In this document: in pieces, positions 12,405 through 26,244 of the stretch | Position numbering within the stretch: position 1 is the first letter of the stretch | How the letters are laid out: every line of letters begins with the position of its first letter | From: the human T2T-CHM13v2.0 reference genome, Homo sapiens | Assembly: GCF_009914755.1 (NCBI RefSeq) | Contig: NC_060926.1 | Length of the DNA: 64,000 nt | Strand: one strand, 5' to 3' | Translations under genes and position numbers: made by a program | Notes under the pieces: generated by a model | Told to the model about the DNA's origin: nothing | What the model saw: only the letters and a program-made list of their open reading frames with translations | Databases searched by the model: none

Positions 12405-13354
12405 CTGAAAGACAAGACAAAAACCTTTTATTAGAAAACACGTTCCCTTCCTGACACAGATATGACACCAGCAGCCGGCAGTGCTCTGAGGACAGCACCT
12501 ACGCCTGACCCTGGGAGCTAGTCCCTAAGCTCTCTCCAGAGTGTGGCTCTCTCAAGGCAGCAAGGCTTCACGATGTACAGGAGTGCACTTAGAAGAATTT
12601 GGTGGGAAGATCCCCATGCTGGGAGACTCTTGTGTGATAGATCACTCATAATTCACTGAAACGACTTACCAGGAAAGTTTTGTGTACTAAGGTTGGGATG
12701 GACACTGGAATGAAGGCCGGTGAGGATGACGAAGACAGTTATTGAGACATAGTCACTGAATGACTAGTGACCAGTTAATAAACTTAGTTGTTTCCAAATA
12801 GCCACATGGTAGTCATATGGGATGTATTTGTTGAATGAATACAAACACAGATCAGATAGACTCAGGCTTTCCAATGTAGCTGATGAAATGTGATCAGAAT
12901 CCTGAGAGAGTTTATGACCTTTCTAAGAAAAGGCTCTATGCAGCCTGTATGTTGATTCAGTGGGGAAGTGCAATAATCATACTTCAATTGACAGCAAGCA
13001 GCTGAATGGAGACAGAGCCTCCTCTGTGGCATTACTAAGACCCTGAATGGATATCTACCTAAACCTGCATGTGATATATATGTATATTGCTCTAGGCTGC
13101 TGTGTTTCACTGAAAAACTGCTATGTTCTAGTTCTGTTAGTTCTAAAAATAAAGGCAACAAAGCAACATCTTATATTCAGAAGAACAGATAGTGGCAATT
13201 TCTACAAAAACCAAGAACTAAATCTTAAGGATCCTTTGACCTCTGTTATCACTGAAAGACAGAGCTATGCCTAGCTCCAGCCCCTAGTTGGCCAGCTGTA
13301 GTCACTTGCAGCTTCCCTAATATACCAAATGTGCTCCTTCATTCAGACACTGAA

Positions 13355-13870
13355 TTGCTTACTCATTCCTTTGTTCATCAAATACAAATGGAGCACCTAC
13401 TTTGTATTAGGAACCTGGAAAATAGAGATAAGACAGTCTTGGGGGGAGGGGAGAAGGGGACCCCATGTATACAAGACAATTTGAGAGCTCAGGTGAGGTG
13501 CAGCTGGTCAGAAGTAGTAGGCAGGAAAGATTCCCCAGAGTTGATGCCTCAGTTGAGTCTTCAAGCTGGGGCAGCACACTGTGGGGAGAAGACCAAGCAA
13601 ACCAAAGCTTGAAAGAGCATGGCATGTGTGGGGAACTGGAATTCCACATGGCTGGAATATAGGGTGGTGGGAGATAAGACTGGAGAGGCAGAGAGGGATG
13701 AGGTCATGGACAGCATCTTCTATGCATGCCAAGGAGGTTGCGCTTTATCCCGAAGTCCACAAGGCAAAAAAGACTGCACAGTGAAGTGACATGCTGAGGT
13801 CCCTATGTCAGGAAAACCACTCTGGCCACAACGAGAAGAAGGATTGGAGGTGATCAAGTGCTGGGGGAGG
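13355..13870 (-). mobile_element. L2 LINE 3' fragment
   Basis: actcattcctttgttcatcaaatac...gagcacctactttgt...; downstream ggaaaaccactctggc motif typical of L2. Confidence 0.65.
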
Positions 13871-14140
13871 AGAGTGCAGGGAAGCAGGCGTTATTGCTCA
13901 CTGGATAGTTTGAGTGTATCAATTATTAAATCCATGACCTGAATATGGGACAGATGAGACTGATCTTACGAAAACAATGGCCTTCATTACAATAACATGA
14001 TGCCTTAACCAATATTTAGATGGTTAGTTAAAAACACTTTATAGAGGAAAAAATTTAACATAGTACTCCAGAGAGTAAATTATGAACAAGTAAACCTCAA
14101 GTGGCAGACTTACTCTGAATTGCTTCATGGAGGTTTCCTT

Positions 14141-14504
14141 TTTTTTTTTTTTTTTTTTTAATTATACTTCAAATTCTGGGACATGTGCAGAGTGTGCAGG
14201 TTTGTTACATAGGTATACACGTGCCACGGTGGTTTGCTGTACCCATCAACCCGTCATCTACATTAGGTATTTCTCCTAATGCTATCCCTCCCCTACCCCC
14301 CATCCCCTAACAGGCCCCGGTGTGTGATGTTCCCCTCCCTGTGTCCATGTGTTCTCATTGTTCAACTCCCACTTATGAGTGAGAACATGCCATGTCTGGT
14401 TTTCTGTTCCTGTGTCAGTTTGCTGAGAATGATGGTTTCCAGCTTCATCCATGTCCCTGCAAAGGACATGAACTCATCCTTTTTTATGACTGCATAGTAT
14501 TCCA
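14141..14504 (-). mobile_element. 5'-truncated L1PA (PA7/8-like) 3' end with ~19-bp TSD
   Basis: poly(T) followed by L1 3' UTR; TSD gcttcatggaggtttcctt (14122-14140) / gcttcatggaggttttctt (14505-14523). Confidence 0.9.
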
Positions 14505-16139
14505 GCTTCATGGAGGTTTTCTTGGTTGTTACCTGGGGTTCCAGTTTTGCACGCTGCAGAGGACCTGCAACTTACAGATTTATCACTTAATTCATTCTTT
14601 GCATTCTCCTACTTTTCCTCACTCCAACCATTTCTGGGCATTCCAAAGCCCCTAAAGCCAGAATTCATTTTGCCATGGTTCTTAGCAGAGTAAGAACTTC
14701 TTTTGCTTCCTAGAGAATATGAGAGCCTAGCAGTTGCCTAGTTCTTCCTCCTGGTCTCAGCTCTTTCTGTAGCTCTAAAATGCTGCAACCTCACAACCAG
14801 TGGGAGACTATTCTTTCCACTAGTAGAAAAACACGTTTCCCCGGATCTCTCAGCAACTACCCTGCTATAGCTTTGCCTTGAAATACTGTCAAGAGTACAA
14901 ACTATTTGCAGGTATTAATTATCTACCAATAGTGCTGATAACATTAGGCTCTCTCTAAGCTACTCCCTATATTTACCACCAGCAATCTTTTCGATTGTAT
15001 TCAGGGAATAGGATAGGGAACAGTCGCTATGCAGTTACTCAGCACTTCCTCAGAGCAGGGAACACTGCTGAGAAATCTGGAAAGTCAGACTTGGGTTCAT
15101 ACCTGTCAGGTCTGTTCCTCTGCTGCAGGGCATGCTCTCGCCTCAAGATCACTGGACCCTGAGAAAGCTACTCTAGGACCCTCACTCCAGTACAAGCTAC
15201 AGTGTGAAGTCCTATGATAATGGCAGTCAGCTCAAAGGAAAGCCAGACAGAAAAGACCTCATCTAATACAGTTTCCTCAACAAGAAAAGCGTCACTGTAC
15301 GCACCGCTGTTGCTTTCTGTCTGACATTTCAAAGACTGTTTCCATGAAGAACGTACCATTTACTTTTCTGTGATGCAATTACAACTTGAAATGTTTCCAA
15401 TGAGAAGTCCAGCTTGATAAGCCCTCAGCACTGAGCAAACACCATCCCCGTACATGCAGTTAAGGCAGTGATTTGAGCAGGGGTGATCAACATGGATTAA
15501 GGGACCCGACACCCACCTCAGGGTATCAAGAGACAAATATGTCCAAGTAATTATGGGGCACACACTGTCCAAGGCATGTGCTAGGAACCTCAACAAAGAG
15601 TGGTGTCAGTGTTCAAGACAGCAGAACAGTGAGGAGTCTAGACCTCCCGTATGCTTATCTGATTTTATTTCTCGATTCTCTACAATCCTTAAACGTTTGA
15701 AGTGGGCCCCATTTGGTTAAACGCCTAACTGATGATGGGGGTGGGCTCACGTTTTGTAAAATTTTGTTTTCTTTTACAAGTTCTTTTTCAGGCTATATAT
15801 TCTCTAAAGGGCTTCCTATGAAAGTCTTGGCTTACAAGTAAAACACATGGTTATCTAATGCCTTTACATACACTGGCTTGAGATACTTCCTTTTCCCTAT
15901 AAATTATAAATCACAGGCAATAGATCTGACCGGAGAACTCCGCACCTGCAGCCCTGAACAGGAAAATGAGAAAGTATGGAGTGTGTGGTGGCACTGGCGG
16001 GGGATGGGGGAGGAGGGGTGAAGTAGAAAGAAAGAGAAACAACTGGACACCAAAAACATAGTGGTTAACAGTGCATACTCTTTATTTATCGGTATGCAAA
16101 AATGAATCGCAATGCACCATGATGAACCAATGGGCCGAG

Positions 16140-16335
16140 AGCAATGGCCAGGCTCTGTGCTAAGTAAGCACTTTCTATGTATTATCTCGTATCCTCACAA
16201 CAATACTCTAAGGAAAGTATTGTATCTATATTTTACAGAAAAGGAAATTGAGGCTTAGCAAGATTAACCTGCTTATTTCAAGCAATTTTGCATTGAAGAG
16301 CTGGGCTACAAATCCACAGACAACATTCCTAACTT
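16140..16335 (-). mobile_element. MIR SINE
   Basis: gccaggctctgtgctaag...cctcacaacaa...ttttacagaaaaggaaattgaggcttag. Confidence 0.7.
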
Positions 16336-16471
16336 GTACCTTTTGCTACTACTTACAATTCCAGTAAATAGACCCGTTATAAAAACATAAAACCTGACAA
16401 CTGGCAGGTCTTAAACTGGATATGAAAACTAATAGAGTGTGAGAGTTGTCAACAGGAGCTAACACAGCCAC

Positions 16472-16779
16472 CTTTATTTTTATTTACTTTTTTATTCTGA
16501 GACAGTCTTACTCTGGGCCCAGTCTAGAGTGCAGTGGTGTGATCTCAGCTTACTGGAGCCTTGACCTCCCGAGCTCAAGTGACCTTCGCACATCAGCTTC
16601 CAGGGTAGCTGGAATCACAAGCGCATGCCACCATGCTCAGCTAATTTTTAATTTTTTTTTGTAGAGACGAAGTCTCCCTATGTTTCCCAGGCTGGTCTCC
16701 AACTCCTGGGCTCAAGTGATCCACCCACCTCACCCTCACAAAGTACTGAAATTACAGGCGTGAGCCACAGCACCCAGCC
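16472..16779 (-). mobile_element. AluJ
   Basis: Full dimeric Alu with J-type diagnostics (ctcctgggctcaagtgatcc). Confidence 0.9.
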
Positions 16780-18274
16780 TTCCCAACTACCTTTACTGAA
16801 AGCCTTCTCACAGTCTATGTAGCTCTTCTGAGGCACTGTGTGTCATGGGGGTGATAACTGCCATGAAAGTACTGGAATTGTTAACAAAGAATCGCAGGCA
16901 ATCAGCAGGATGTTTACATTCAAAGGTTTAGAAGAAAATAAATTATTTCCTGTAGTTTATTTATCCTTAGCACTTGTTTTGGAACTCATGAGAGTTGATA
17001 AAAAGTATACATTATTGAGATAGAAATTTTTCTGTTTCCAAATTGTCATGTTAAGTAACCCATTGTTTTCTATTAAGCACAAAATTTAACTTTTTTTCAG
17101 TCTAGATTTTGATTCTCCAGAACCATGCTTTGGCTTTTCCTCCTGTGTTTTCTGCAGGAAAGTGGATTTATGGTTACTATGGTCTCTGGGCTTATAGATG
17201 AACTTCCCTTTAACTGTTTAATGTGCACCTAAGGGGACAGGGCCCTCCTAAAATATCCCTGCAGGTTGCTGCAGCTTGTCCCCACATCTGTCTTTTCTTC
17301 TGTGTGTTTTTTTTTCCCCACTTTTTGGGGGGTCTACAAACAGCACTGTTGGACAGTGAATTGCTGAAGCTGATAGATTAAAATGAGTTCCACCAAAAAT
17401 GACTCTGATTCCATCCCATATCTGGTACTAGGCTAAGTGGCTGACATTCAGAAGTGTGTAAGATGGTCTCTGCCCTGGAACAGCTCACAGACTAGGCGAG
17501 AGAACAGACCTATATAAACTGGCTCTTAAATACAACAGGCAGACAGAGGTATGGACAAAGCCCTACGGGACCCCAAAGCAGGAAAACCCAAATTCTGCCC
17601 TGAGGGAGTGAACATGAACAAAGCTTTGTTTTAGTATACATTTGGAGTTGCATGCTTTTATGCATTACTAATAGAGGATTTATAGTAAGAACAAAGAAAT
17701 ATTAGAAGCATCTTATGATTTAGCTAATAACAAAACTCACTTTCAATGACATAGCAACATCTTAAAATAATAACAATTTTAAAAGCCACACATAAAAATC
17801 TCTATCTGAATTATCTGTCTATTCAATAGGACAGTAGGACTACAGGCATTACAGGAATAAAAGGGCTAATAAAATGAAAGTTTTGCATCTCTATATATTT
17901 TTGCATATATATATTTGTTGTTGGTGTTAACCTTATGGATAAACTGAATTTTAGAAGCTCTTTAAATCATAATTCACCACGAAGTCAAGTTTGGTACAAA
18001 CGATATCTCATCAATACAACTTGAAATGTTTCCAACGAGAAATCCAGCTTGATGAGCCTTTGGCACAGACTACTTTGGGTAGTCAATTTGTGGGGTGCCT
18101 GTTTTGTGATATAGTGCAGGCCTGAGCAGGGTGGTAAACGGCATTTCTGGGGGTGTCATGCTGAGAGTGAAAGGGCTTCTCATAATGTCTTTATATCACA
18201 GTGTGGTAAAATAATTGTATTTATATTATTCTAAAGTAATTTGTGAAACTACTCAAGCTCCTTATGCAGCCAAG

Positions 18275-18510
18275 AAGAGCGTAGTGCAGTGAGTACAGTG
18301 TTAAGACTGTACAGGTCCCTGAGCCATATCCACCTGGACTGGAATCTTGGTTCTGCCATTTATTGGTGCTGTGAGCCTGGACCAGTTACTTAGCTTCCCT
18401 GTGCCTGTTTACTCATCTGTAAAGTAAGACAGAACTAGTTACCTGTGGGCTAGTGCTGAGGACTGGAAAACAAAGTGTATCAAGTGCTTTCCACATGGTG
18501 GGCACTCTTA
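18275..18510 (+). mobile_element. MIR SINE
   Basis: ggaatcttggttctgccattta...agttacttagcttccctgtgcctgtttactcatctgtaaa. Confidence 0.75.
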
Positions 18511-20753
18511 AAGGCTGCTGCTTTACAGGTGAGGACAAAGGGAGCTCCTCGACACAGACTGGGCAATGGTGGGCTGGGTGGGTGGGAGCTGTGCCCTGCT
18601 CAAGGAAAAAGAATCCACATGACCTTACATTAGCCTTTGAGAAAATATATTCTATTCTGATAAGTTGTTTTTGACATAGGCTCAGAAAATGTATAAGTAT
18701 TAAACATTTTTTAAAATATAAAACAAAGTTGTTTTACCATATACTTACTCATTATCTAAAAAATGTACATGTCATATTCCCCAGACATGACTGTAGAGAA
18801 AGACAGGTGGGGTAGAAGATAAGTCGCCAACCAAATAAACAGTGAAGCACATCCCTATCCTCAAGCCGCCACTAACAGTCAGCTCTTGGTGTGGATTCTA
18901 TACTTCCACTTTTATAATAAAACCTACTTTTCCTCATAAAGGAGACCTGGAGCCTAAGCTATAGTGCCCTTTGGCTATCCTTGGTTGAGCATCTTCCAAA
19001 TGAAGAAAGGCACCGACATTCTGGGAGTTACTTTTCTTCCTGGTGAGCTCACAGGGTGAGCCTGTGGGTTCTTGCAGCAGTGAAGGTAATGCCCACCGCT
19101 TTTCTGAGCAATGCAAGGCTTTCTGTTAGCACTTCATCAACAGCTGTAGCTCCCTGGCAGCTTACGCTGCATGGCAGGGCAACCAGGAAGCCAGCACTAG
19201 AGACAGTGACCAAAGAGGAGTGACACAGATTCTGAGAGAGATCTATCTTCTTGGCCTTTCTTCCAGAGGTCTAAGAAAAATATGTCATTCCTGCTTTCTC
19301 CAGGTTTTCTTTCCTTCTTTGAAATAATTTGCACTAGAGCAGGTTTTTTGCTTGTTTCATTGTTTGTGAAAAAAGCAAAAGGTCAGATATAAAGCAGTCG
19401 GTTGAATACCAAGGGATCAAATTAGTACCTACACATACAGGCCCCCTACTTCCCAGCTAGGGCCCCCTACCCTGCCTTTATCTCCTGTTTTCATCCCCTT
19501 GAAGCTTTCCCGGGCTCGGGATATAAACTGTTAGGTCCTCCAATGCATGCCCATTTCTGGGGAGAGTCCAGACAGTCTGGATGACAGCAGCAGGCTTCCA
19601 CTTCTCCCCTCCCCTCAGAGTCAAAGACATGTAAGCCCCAATCTTGCAATGTTAAAGGAAACCGATTCTGTGATATAAGCATCTCCTTTCAGTTACTTAA
19701 AAAATCTTATCCCTGTTGGGGACACAGGCAGCTGCAAAGTGTCAACATTTCACTGCAGTCTTTCTGAGCCTCTGTTTTTAGGGACTTGCAGAATTGCTAA
19801 AGAAAGGGAGATGGTTTAGGGACTTCAGTTTTTCCAGTTACCTTGTTTCCTCTCTTCCGTTTATTCCTAACTGGCTCAATTACCATTCTTGAGAAAATGA
19901 GAACTGAAATCTCCAAAGATTTTTAAAAAGTGGCTGAGGATGGAGGTGAAAACACAAATGCTTCCCGCCCGTGAACCCTGCTTCTCTCTGCAGGCACAGA
20001 GGGGAGCGGTGGGAATGGGAGCGCCAAAGGAGGAGTAGGTCCTATGGGGCACTGTGTGGCTCACTCTCCAGTAGCTGGAACAACCATCTGTGTATACAGC
20101 GGTGTGCAGAGCAGCACTCTCCTTTCCGTGTGGCTAACATGTAAAGGGCCAGGATCCTCTCCCTCCCACATACAAGCCACGAGGCCATCAAGTGACTGGC
20201 TTGTCTCTTTCTCACGTGAGACTGCACTGAGATGCTAACCCAGGGCCTCTGCTTTCCTCTGGCGAGGCCCTCTGGCAAAGTAAGAGGCCCTGAGTGCCAG
20301 TCTCCTTCTGTGTTTCTGTCCTTCCCTGGATCTGTGCCCCAAGAAGGGGGCAAATGTACTGGAATGGTTTTACACAACTAACTGAGAGAAGGGCTAAGTC
20401 CAGTTCATCAGACTTCTCTGGACTAGAATAATGGGCCCAAGCCTTGGTAAAAATCAAGTACTATTGTGTTTTCCCCTCATTATGGTTCCTATACAACAGC
20501 TCCTTGAGGCATCTTATGGGGAGTGGTGGCTGTTGTTTAGAATGGCATTGGGCATTCCGGGGTCTCTTGGCCACATACTCAGCATCACTAATACCTTTCA
20601 TTAACACAATGAAAGTATCTGAAAAGGGGATGTGAGAAGAGGAACAGTTAGGCAAATAGTCTTTTTAAAGTGCTTAGAAGCATAACTAGGCTATAACTAA
20701 CTTTGTAATAGTAATAAAAACATTTATTGAATGCTTAGTGCATTCCAGACACT

Positions 20754-21050
<297 letters not shown>

Positions 21051-22770
21051 GGAGATACTCTTATAAGGTCTGAATTACAAGGTATGAATTATAGCATATT
21101 TTTGGAATAGCTGTATGAGGCTACATACTATTATTAACCATTTTATTGATGAATAAAGGAGGCACAGTGAGGTCCGGTAACTTAAGCAGGGTCATGAACA
21201 AGGGTGGATTTGGTGTTTGAAGCTTGGCTGAGACTCTGGGAGCCCAGCTCTCCAGCACGTTTGCCTCCCCTCAGTCACCAGGCTCCACTGCAGAACCCCA
21301 GAGTGTGCTCACACAATTGCCCAAATAAAGCTTTCAAGGTCACAATATTGAGATAAAAACAAACCTATCTATTTTCAGGATGATTATGACATTCTGGACA
21401 GGCTTTAAATTAAACAGGCAGAACTAACACAATCCGTTTCAGAATACCGAGGCTTGGCGGAAAGGCAGGCCTGGTGAGCTGGTCCAGGGAGCATTTCCTA
21501 TGCTGCAGCAGGCAGGACATGTGCATGTCAGAAGGATTTGCATGCCCCAATCTGCAAACAACTGCACAAGGTTTGCTCCCAAAGGCAACACACACCTTTG
21601 GGCTAAGGCAGGCTAAGAGGGATGGGGAGAGAGCAATAGCAGAGGAGTTCCTGTTCTTGAGGACACTTGCCCCTTTCCCAAGCCACACTGTAGCCCTGGC
21701 CTGGCCCTCTGGGGGCAGGGGCAGCACCACCTTACAGGCAGCCCCCCTACCACTGCCTAACTTCATCTGAAAGCTGCACTTCATGTGTTCTCTTTGGAGC
21801 AATTTCAGATTCCTACTTACTGATAGTGATGCTCAGATTCAGTCTGGCAGTAGCACACACCAGCTGTTTCCGTAAGCCTGGGCCAAACGTGGTCATGGCA
21901 GTTTAGAATTCCCCCCCTAAGTGGGTTTGAAATGAAAACTTCAAGTTTATAAACCAAACATGAGTTCACTTTTCAATGAATGAGACATGCATCCCTTATG
22001 GCTTAGAACAGTGACAGAACAAGGGAGTGCTGACCTCTTATTTGCCTCTGACACACCAGGTGCCTCATGAAACAGAGAATACTCCAGAGGTTTCCAGACA
22101 AACTGGGATTGGGGTGGCGAAAACGCACAGTTGATTCTCTTCCCTTGGTTTATTTCATCCTGGTTCTCCTTCCCACCCTTCTTACCTCCCCTCCCATCTT
22201 ATTCATTCAGTGGCTCCTCGTCTTCCTCCCAACCCTTAAGCTGGGTTCCCTAATGATCAATCATTAGAAGTCTTCTCTCCTTATTCTGTATACTTCTTTA
22301 GGCTGCTATTACCCATGCTCTTGGCTTTAACTACAGCCTCATCACTCCCCAACCAAAAGTCAGCCTCAAATATCTTTCTAAGCTTTACACCCATACATCC
22401 AGGGCCTGCCAGACACGGATCCACTTGCATGTCCCACTGGCATCTCAAATACAAGTACCAAAATGAACCACTTGTTCAGCCATCTCCCATAACTTGCTGC
22501 TGCTTCTCTTCCCATATTCCCTGTCTTATTACCAAGTCCAGATACAAAGAAATAATCTTAGATTCCTCCATCTCCATTCCCCAATATCCTGTTAGTACTC
22601 AGTACCTTTGATTCTATCTCCTAAATCTTTCCATCTTCAATCCCAATGCCTTAGTTCTTATAAAAGCTTTGTAAACAGGCTCCCCAACTCATATTTCATC
22701 CTTTTCTAGTATTATACCACACATTTGCCCTCAAGATAATCCCTCTCATTTGTTAATCTCACCAAATTCC

Positions 22771-22884
22771 TAGGGCTAACTGATATGAACTGGTGCCCCT
22801 GAACTGGCTGTTCATAGCTGGCATACATTCTGATTGGTCAATCCCTATATCACATGGTTGTCAAATGTTTTGACTGTCACCCTG
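22771..22884. mobile_element. Small hAT-type DNA transposon (MITE) relic, family name uncertain
   Basis: Ends tagggct...tcaccctg; internal ttctgattggtc...ggttgtcaaatgttttga matches a recalled ~120-bp hAT MITE consensus. Confidence 0.5.
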
Positions 22885-23018
22885 TTACTCCCATGCTTAG
22901 ACCCTTCAATAGCTCCCCAAAACAGTCTCTTCAGTGTGGCATATCATGACTTTTTGTTCTCAGGCCAGTGCCTAAGCCACAACATCATGCTACCTAACCT
23001 TTTCTAGTTTCTCTAACG

Positions 23019-23428
23019 CAGGGCTTCTTTGCTTGCGGTGTACAGGTCCAGAGGTTTGGAGAAGGGGTTATGTAAACTTTGGAAAAATTTACATGTTTAC
23101 TTTTGTTAATCTCTAACCAAAATTTAGTATTTCTTTCAATTAGGAATACAGGCAACAAGCTACAATATTAGTAATGCCTATATTTTGTCATCTATAAAAA
23201 TGATAAGTATTTTTAAATCACACTAACTTGCTCAAGGTAACTAAAACATTATACTTATCATTACAAATTAAAAAAAAATTCTGACTGCTATTATATCTCA
23301 TTATCCAACAACTTCTTTCTTTTGTAATCTTGTGTATTTTATGCACTTAACATCATTGTGAGTAGAATCCAAAAGCTTTATGAGAGAGCGAAAGAGATGC
23401 ATGGCACAAAAAAGGTTTAGAATCCACA
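23019..23428 (+). mobile_element. Charlie4a-like hAT DNA transposon
   Basis: cagggcttctt...ctctaaccaaaatttagtatttctttcaatt...catggcacaaaaaaggtttagaatcc. Confidence 0.7.
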
Positions 23429-23711
23429 CTCTAGTTAATGGCGTCCCCATCTATCCATCTGTCTAGCACATATTTACTGACTGTTTACCAGGTATGAATT
23501 ATGCTAGGCCCTAGGGGACATCAAGACGAAGAAGACACAGCTCCTTACCTCAACGTGGGGAAAGGTGAAGGTTGATTGTTTAAATACTGTGTGATAAATG
23601 CAATATAACTTTACATAGGGAGTAACATCTAACCAAAACCAAGGACTGGGAAGGCCTCTTGGGGATGACACTAGACAAGCAGGATTTAGTCAAATGACAA
23701 AATAACCTATA

Positions 23712-24285
<574 letters not shown>

Positions 24286-25941
24286 TTATGGTATGATAGT
24301 TCTCTTGGGGAGGAGAAAGAAGTAGAACGCTGTCTGCATGATACAGTAGAAAGCTTATTTTTAGACTAACTTTCCTGTGGCATTCTGGCTGGATGGCACA
24401 AAGATATATTTTTCAGAACTATTTTTAGTTGAATAGCTGAGATACAGGAAATGATTTTTCAACAAAATGTGTGGCTTGATGACTATTCACACTGGACAGT
24501 CCTGGATAGTTCTGAAGTTTCTGAACGCCTTTGTTTGGGTGGAAATGGGAAAGAGTATCCTCGATTAAGATACCTAAATAGGAATATTTCTAATCCCGGG
24601 CATTGGTTTTAGTTTGACCAGTTATCGGGGGTGTTTGGAAGGCAGGAAGCAATGCCCACTATCTTCCTAGAACTATGTGCACTTTTAAGTTTCCTTATTT
24701 TCTCAAGCAGACTGGGACATATGTTGATTCAACTTCTACCAATATTAAATTACAGCATGTTTCCTCTTTTTATTACAGAAACAAAAAGTTGCAATAAACT
24801 TCCTGTCTCTCTGTACCTAGTTTCACTTAGGAGCTGTAATTGTATTATTCTAGTGGAGAGCTTGAATTTTGCTGGTAGAAAGGATAATGAATTAACTGCA
24901 AGGTAGTTTTGCATGATTAAATGAAACAATGCTTTGTTTCCCCATATTCTAGAAGTATATTTAATGCTATCTCAAAAACAAAACTATTGCCTGGAGTTGA
25001 AAAAGTTTATTCCTGTGACTGTGTGTTAATACTAACCTTGAAATGTCTACCATTTACCATTACACCCCCGTATTTCCCCATAAAATTTCAGTAAACTTAC
25101 AGTCCTGACATAATTACCATGAACAGCCCTCTATCTGGGAATGATTACACTTGCATATGGATTTCACTTGGGACAGGAATAAGTTAGCACCTTTCTTTGA
25201 CCTTTTTCTGAGCACAACACACAAGCTGAATCCAGAAATGATGAGTATTTTACAGCAGCTGGCTTCCACAGGTGGTAAAGCAGACTCTGACACATGATGG
25301 GTCTAGTTGTTCAGCAAGTGTGAATTTTGGAAGTGAGCATCTGCCAGTCTTATTATTAACTGAGAGTTGAGCTGTTTTTATGAACTCCCAACCTGGAAGA
25401 ACTTAAATGCATTTTTGAAACAGATTCACTTACAGTTTAAATGGAAAATAAAATACTGTTTTTCTTGTATTTTCACATCGCTCAGTGACTGGAAGTAGCT
25501 GAAAGCCCTGGAGAGGGGGCCCTCCTGAGGCCCCAGCACTCTCCCTTCGGCTAGTGAGGGCTTCCTTCTGGTTTCCAAATTTCAATCTCTAGCCAACTGC
25601 TATTTCAGAAATATGATGACCACTATGGCCATGAGACAAAACAACACTGGCATTTTCAAAAGTCCTCTCTGGGTGAATATTTTCAATATTCTAAAAAAAA
25701 AATTTTAAGAACATATACACTTCTCGTTTTAAGATAATTGTACTGGGAGGTTATGGAATTAAGAATTAACAATGTAGAAAAGTTTAAGTCAAATGTATCA
25801 AGGTTTATAAAGACATTCTAAGTCCAGTGGGTTATCTCGTATTTCACTTGTGGATTGCTCCTGAGTCCTATGAGAGTTTGCCACTCAGCAGGGATCATTT
25901 CAGCAGGTATCATAGTTCAGCACCAATTGTAAAGTTTAAGA

Positions 25942-26244
25942 CTAATGCTGTCCAACAGAAGCATAAAGCAAGGTACATATGCAATTTTAGAATTTCCTAG
26001 TTACAATGTTTAAAAAATTATAAAGGAATGGGTGAAATTACTTTTAATAATATGTTTTACTTAATCCACTATATCTAAGGTAGTATTTCAACAGGTAATC
26101 AATATAAAAATTAATGAAATACTTTGCTTCTGGGGGAACTAAACTTTTGAAATCCAATGTGTGTTTTACACTTATGGCACAACTCAATTAAGGCTAGCCA
26201 CAAATAACCACATGTGGCTAGTGGCTATAATATTAGTACAGTTC
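25942..26244. mobile_element. MER33-like hAT-Charlie element
   Basis: gctgtccaacagaa...ggtgaaattacttttaataatatgttttacttaa...cacatgtggctagtggcta. Confidence 0.75.

Noticed and set aside
8369-19475. Short tandem duplications (tttatagaacc at ~8370; ggccccctac at ~19440)
   Set aside because: Two or three copy slippage events; no repeat-spacer array, not CRISPR-like
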